Below, in pieces: positions 59,240-64,000 of a stretch of DNA of 64,000 bases. The notes under the pieces are model-generated. The model had not been told where the DNA came from. It searched no databases and was given only the letters and a program-made list of their open reading frames with translations. Origin of the DNA: a virus (lineage: Duplodnaviria > Caudoviricetes); the IMG/VR virus record IMGVR_UViG_3300032030_002018. One strand, written 5' to 3'. Every line of letters begins with the position of its first letter. The first letter of the stretch is position 1. A program made the position numbers and the translations under genes.

Positions 59240-60455
59240 ATGGTAGATATATTCGAAAATCGTAGTAAAGTAGCACGTAGACTCAAACAAGACAATATGT
59301 TTGGGAATTATATTCTGTCTGTTGGATATCCTTGTAATAATATTAGTAACTATAATAATATTCGTAGCTATTATAATTTTATTCTTGACCAAGATTATAT
59401 GGTGAAGAATTCGAGTTTTCAATTAGTTATAAAAAGGTTATCTCAATTGTACCAATATGATAGAAGGGAATTATATGGAATATGGGATAACTATTACAGA
59501 AAGGTACTTAATTAAGTACTATATAGTATTGATAATAAAAGAAAAGTTAAAATAATAATATGACAGATTTATTTAAAAACAGACCAATCATTCCAAAGAC
59601 TATGAAAAGAATGGGTATATATGGAGATTATATACTTGAAGTCAGAGGAGATAATAGTCAAAAAGACATTATGAATGTTGTTAAACATTATGACCCCAGT
59701 CGTTATCATTATGTTATAACATCTATGAAAAACTGGATTCATACCAGATTAGGTAGAGATTGGTGGAGAAATAAAGAACGAGAATTTGAATCAACAATGA
59801 GATATTATAAACGTATTTGATAATGCCAATGCAAGAGATTGTGCAAGAAAAATGAAGGAAATGGGTTTCTTTGGAGATTATATCATAGCTGTGAGAAGAT
59901 TTCCCAATACAAATAAAATAATCATACGCAAACATATATAGACAATTATAGGTACTTAATTAAGTACTAATACACTATGAAACAAATAGCAAAACAAATA
60001 ACAAACTCCAATCAAGTAAAATGTTCTTTAAGGAAGCTGAAGAATGCTGGTGTATATGGAGACATATTAGCTTCTGTAAGAAGCATATTAGTTACAACAG
60101 TAGACCCATATTTAATTATTGACATACTAAATAACAAACTTTTAGAAACTAGATTGACTTCGTTTCTGGGATTTCTAACTTGTAATGATACTAATAGAAC
60201 AAGGAGTAATGTAATAAGTCAAACAATATTATGAGTGTACCTGAAGTATTAAGAATGTTAAAAAACACAGGAGAATATGGAACAATTATGATGTCTATAA
60301 AGTCTCTTGGAATGGCATTAAAACTTACAATAAAAGATATTTTGCTGACGTATAAATTTCAATCAGATATTAAAAATTTTATAAATACATTATATCTATA
60401 TGAACCAAACCAAAATATAAGAACAGAACTATATAAAATTCTAAATACCCCATAG
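59240..60455 (+). CDS. four small related genes (59240..59515, 59560..59820, 59977..60234, 60231..60455)
   Basis: share K..G.[FY]G[DN][YI]I motif with the downstream array. Confidence 0.6.
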
Positions 60456-60522
60456 GTACTTAATTAAGTACCAATATATCCCCTATATAGACTTACATAT
60501 TATCTATATAGGGGATATGTAA

Positions 60523-62509
60523 TTATATATTATAGGCGGTGTCATACCAAAAATCATATCCTTCATTTGTGTCAAGCCACGATAAATATTGATTTACTAT
60601 ATCATACGAAGAAAGAGGGATTAAGCGTTTTTTGAATGGAAGAAAAGACGCCGGGTATTTTTGAGGGAGACATTGTTTATAATGTTCATAAAAGAATAAT
60701 GGGAATATATCCATACGATTCTTTAATTTCCTTAATGATTTAATGTTATCTCTTCGCATTGTTAAATTCTTTTTTATATATGTCGTTCCAAAAATCGTAT
60801 CCCTGTGATGTCCTTGACCAAGTTATACCCCAATCAATCACATTAAAAACGAAATCATTACATCTATCATTATCTATCACAAACAGTTTATTCCGTGGTC
60901 TTTTATAATGCTCATAAAAAAACAATGGAAAATAATCTCTCCTTTTAAATTTTTTATATGTCCTTTTTGATATTGTTATCATATCTATACTTTATTTCGT
61001 TCATATATATATCTTCCCAATGTTCAAACCCCTGTGATGTTTCTTCCCACCTAATTGAATTATCAATAATATAAGCAACATCAATGAATCTGTTGTAATC
61101 ATTCTTTACCGTAATAGAATCGTATGGATTTTGTTTATAATACTCATAAAAAAACAACGGAAAATAATCTCTACTTTTAAATTTACGATATATATTCTTT
61201 GATATTGTCATAATATGCTGTTTTTCTTTTCCTTCCACATTAAAGAAATGCGAATATCATTCCAAAAATAGCAATCCTGTGGAGTCTTATCCCACCAGAA
61301 TATCCTACTGATATCTTCTGAAGATAATCGTTCACTTGGATATGTTACATCACCAGGTTCCAATCGCTTGGCTAATATTACATCACCATATATCCCAAAC
61401 TTCTTACAATCAGATATAAAAGACGGCTTAAATTGATTTATCATAAAAACTTATTATATATATTTAACCAAAAATCGTGTCCCTGAGGTGTTAAACTCCA
61501 TCTTATACTTCTGTTAATAACAGCTTTTACTGAACAATCATTACCAAAATAAAAATTGCACGGAAAATTAGGATGTAATCTCTTTGCTAATATATAATCA
61601 CCAAAGAAACCCATTCCTTTTATTCTTCTTGATATGTTATTGCCTATATAATTCATTTTATAACTTATTATATATATCTACCCAAAATTTACTACCCTGA
61701 GGAGTCATACTCCATCTAATACTTCTGTCAATAACCATTCTTAATGTATTACTATCATCATTATAATGGAACGCATACGGATGATTATACTGTAACCTTT
61801 TTGCCAATATATAATCACCAAAGAAACCCATTCCTTTTATTCTTCTTGATATGTTATTGCCTATATAATTCATTTTATAACCTATTAAAATAATCTCTCA
61901 TATATATTTAACCAAAAATATTCACCCTGAGGAGTTCTTGACCATACCATACTCTTATCTATAAGGGTACGAGATAAACAAACAGCACCACTAAAACACG
62001 GATAATCAGGCTGCAACCTCTTTGCCAATATATAATCGCCAAAAATCATCTTATCTTTCATCTGTTTGGCGATAAATTTGCTAATCATTTTTTTCATATT
62101 CTTCCTCTATATACATTATACCAAAATTGATAACCCTGGGGAGTAGTAGCCCAGTTAAGAGTAAGACTTATCAGACCCTCTATACTCGGATAATCGAATG
62201 TACGATATGGACATTTCCTTTTGGCTAATATATAATCACCAAATATGTTCTTGCCCTTTAATTTCTTAAATAATTCTTTTCCATTCATATCTATAACATA
62301 ATATCGAATACTTTGCTCCAAAAATTATACCCCTGTGGAGTGCCACTCCAATATAAACCGTGCATAAGAAAACCCCTTGTATTATAATAATGACTTAAAT
62401 CAGAAATTTCCCGACAACTGCCGGAATATTTATAATTAATGATTGCCAATATAAAATCGCCAGTTATGTTATTACGCCTTAAATCCTTATGTAATTCCAA
62501 ATTAGTCAT
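60523..62509 (-). CDS. tandem array of nine 70-85 aa paralogs with W..T[PS]QG..FW motif
   Basis: ORFs ending at 60523, 60746, 60954, 61208, 61441, 61658, 61885, 62094, 62291. Confidence 0.8.
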
Positions 62510-62521
62510 AATTACCTTATT

Positions 62522-63439
62522 TTAAGAAGTATGTTCAACATAATCCTTATATCTTATAACAACCATATCAATGCAATTATTAACACGATTGGATATCAAT
62601 GTCTTACATTTATAAGCCTCATCCCTCGACTTGAATAAATAAGGAACTTTACCACGCTCGCATTCAAACATAAACGAAGTCAACGCACTCTTATCCTCAT
62701 TATATTTGACATTAACAAGCTTATAATCTGAATCCTTGGCATTGAATATCATATAATAATCATCATTGAGATTATTGTTGTTATCATTATTACAAGAATC
62801 AGCAAATAAAGAATATAACTCCTTTAACCTACTATAGCTTGTAGCATATACCAAAGACTGAGTAACCTCATCATAATAACAATGAGCATAACTGAATGAC
62901 TTTAACTTGTTCTTGTCAACATCTGTGATTATAATTTTCTTCTCCTCACAGAAAGAAAGAAACATATCTATAGTATAAAATATCCTTGGATATACACTTA
63001 AAACACCATTATCAATCGCATAATAACTTACATTACAATACTTACTGTTACTACTATATACAGGAGAATATGAAACACTGGTGTTCTTATAATAAGTAGA
63101 ACTGTTCTTCTCACGAGCTAATGCCTTATCCTTCTCATAACGCTCCATATGACTACGTACCAAACCAGGAATGATATTCGACATTATCTTGATACTAACA
63201 TCAATATTGCCAAAAGACATCTTATGTATCTTGAAATCACTAGGCTTTAATATCCTACCAGCAGAAAAACTATCAATGGCATATACATCACCATCAGTAT
63301 ATACAGTACTAATAGTCAATATATGACCAACATCCCAACCATAATCAAGAAAACGCTCTGTTAATAACTCAATTATATCACCACGCTTATAGTCATATAA
63401 ATCAGACTCACACCAATTGTTATATACATTTATATTCAT
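62522..63439 (-). CDS. hypothetical protein
   Basis: 305-aa ORF in operon. Confidence 0.65.
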   Translation of the reverse strand: MNINVYNNWCESDLYDYKRGDIIELLTERFLDYGWDVGHILTISTVYTDGDVYAIDSFSAGRILKPSDFKIHKMSFGNIDVSIKIMSNIIPGLVRSHMERYEKDKALAREKNSSTYYKNTSVSYSPVYSSNSKYCNVSYYAIDNGVLSVYPRIFYTIDMFLSFCEEKKIIITDVDKNKLKSFSYAHCYYDEVTQSLVYATSYSRLKELYSLFADSCNNDNNNNLNDDYYMIFNAKDSDYKLVNVKYNEDKSALTSFMFECERGKVPYLFKSRDEAYKCKTLISNRVNNCIDMVVIRYKDYVEHTS

Positions 63440-63443
63440 AATA

Positions 63444-63977
63444 TTAAAAAGGTAAATCTACGCCATTATATTCCATATTACCAACAATAGAAGTATCATC
63501 TATATCATCCCGTAAAGCATCATAACACTTCCAATATAAATTACCATAGCTGTAATCACTCTCCAGCCTACACTCGCCATAACGCTTTGCCACCGGGTCA
63601 ATACAACAATGTATAATGTATTCACTACGTAAAGAATTATATAAGCTATCAGATATGTGAATACCCATCATATCACAATACTCACGCAACTCCTTTAAAC
63701 TACTGAAACGCTCATCCGGGTCTTCGCCACATCCAATGTCACTGTAAAAGTATATCTCCTTTAAACCGGTATCATCTGTATCCAATACTACATCATCATC
63801 TTCATCTGGAAATAACTTTGAAACCACACCATTAACGTGATTCAAACCATAACGATTGCCAATGCCATACCAATCATCATAATAGTCATCATCATACCAA
63901 TCATCATACAAATAATTGTAATAACTACTATAAGACTTGACATTGGAAGATATATAATCACGCACTAACTTTATCAA
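63444..63977 (-). CDS. hypothetical acidic protein
   Basis: Tyr/Asp-rich ORF; start uncertain near window edge. Confidence 0.6.
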   Translation of the reverse strand: MIKLVRDYISSNVKSYSSYYNYLYDDWYDDDYYDDWYGIGNRYGLNHVNGVVSKLFPDEDDDVVLDTDDTGLKEIYFYSDIGCGEDPDERFSSLKELREYCDMMGIHISDSLYNSLRSEYIIHCCIDPVAKRYGECRLESDYSYGNLYWKCYDALRDDIDDTSIVGNMEYNGVDLPF

Positions 63978-64000
63978 ATTAGGTCTGTGAACATTCTTTA

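Noticed and set aside
1-64000. TAG-to-Gln recoding as in some Lak megaphages
   Set aside because: Long genes are intact in the standard code, and TAG ends genes at tight junctions (24925, 33270, 48613)

Overview
AT-rich segment of a large T4-like (gp21/gp22/gp23 head module) jumbo phage, most likely infecting Bacteroidota (dozens of TTTG-N~20-TAnnTTTG promoters, no Shine-Dalgarno, BspA-type LRR proteins). It uses the standard code: TAG acts as stop at several tight gene junctions. The left ~36.7 kb holds late/structural and accessory genes: thyA, ClpC-like ATPase, SLT transglycosylase, two endonucleases, major capsid, scaffold, an intein-containing prohead protease, a lysis cassette, an adenine MTase, a solo TnpB and an IS1595 element with cargo. 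Scattered through it are at least 12 unrelated small proteins that share a ~27-aa leader MKRRIRLTESDLHRIVNRSVKRxLxE ending in a gp21-type cleavage site, which looks like a modular capsid-loading cassette system. After a G-rich boundary at ~36.9 kb comes a ~22-kb early-type region of small genes, each with its own near-identical promoter. It contains several unusual RNAs: tandem tRNA-Tyr-like genes with an extra hairpin in the D-loop, a group I intron in tRNA-Ile(CAT), and two ORF-free structured RNAs. It also has three 7-codon MARxxPx minigenes, a recurring 16-bp palindrome and a tandem paralog array at the end. All calls come from reading motifs by eye; no searches were run.
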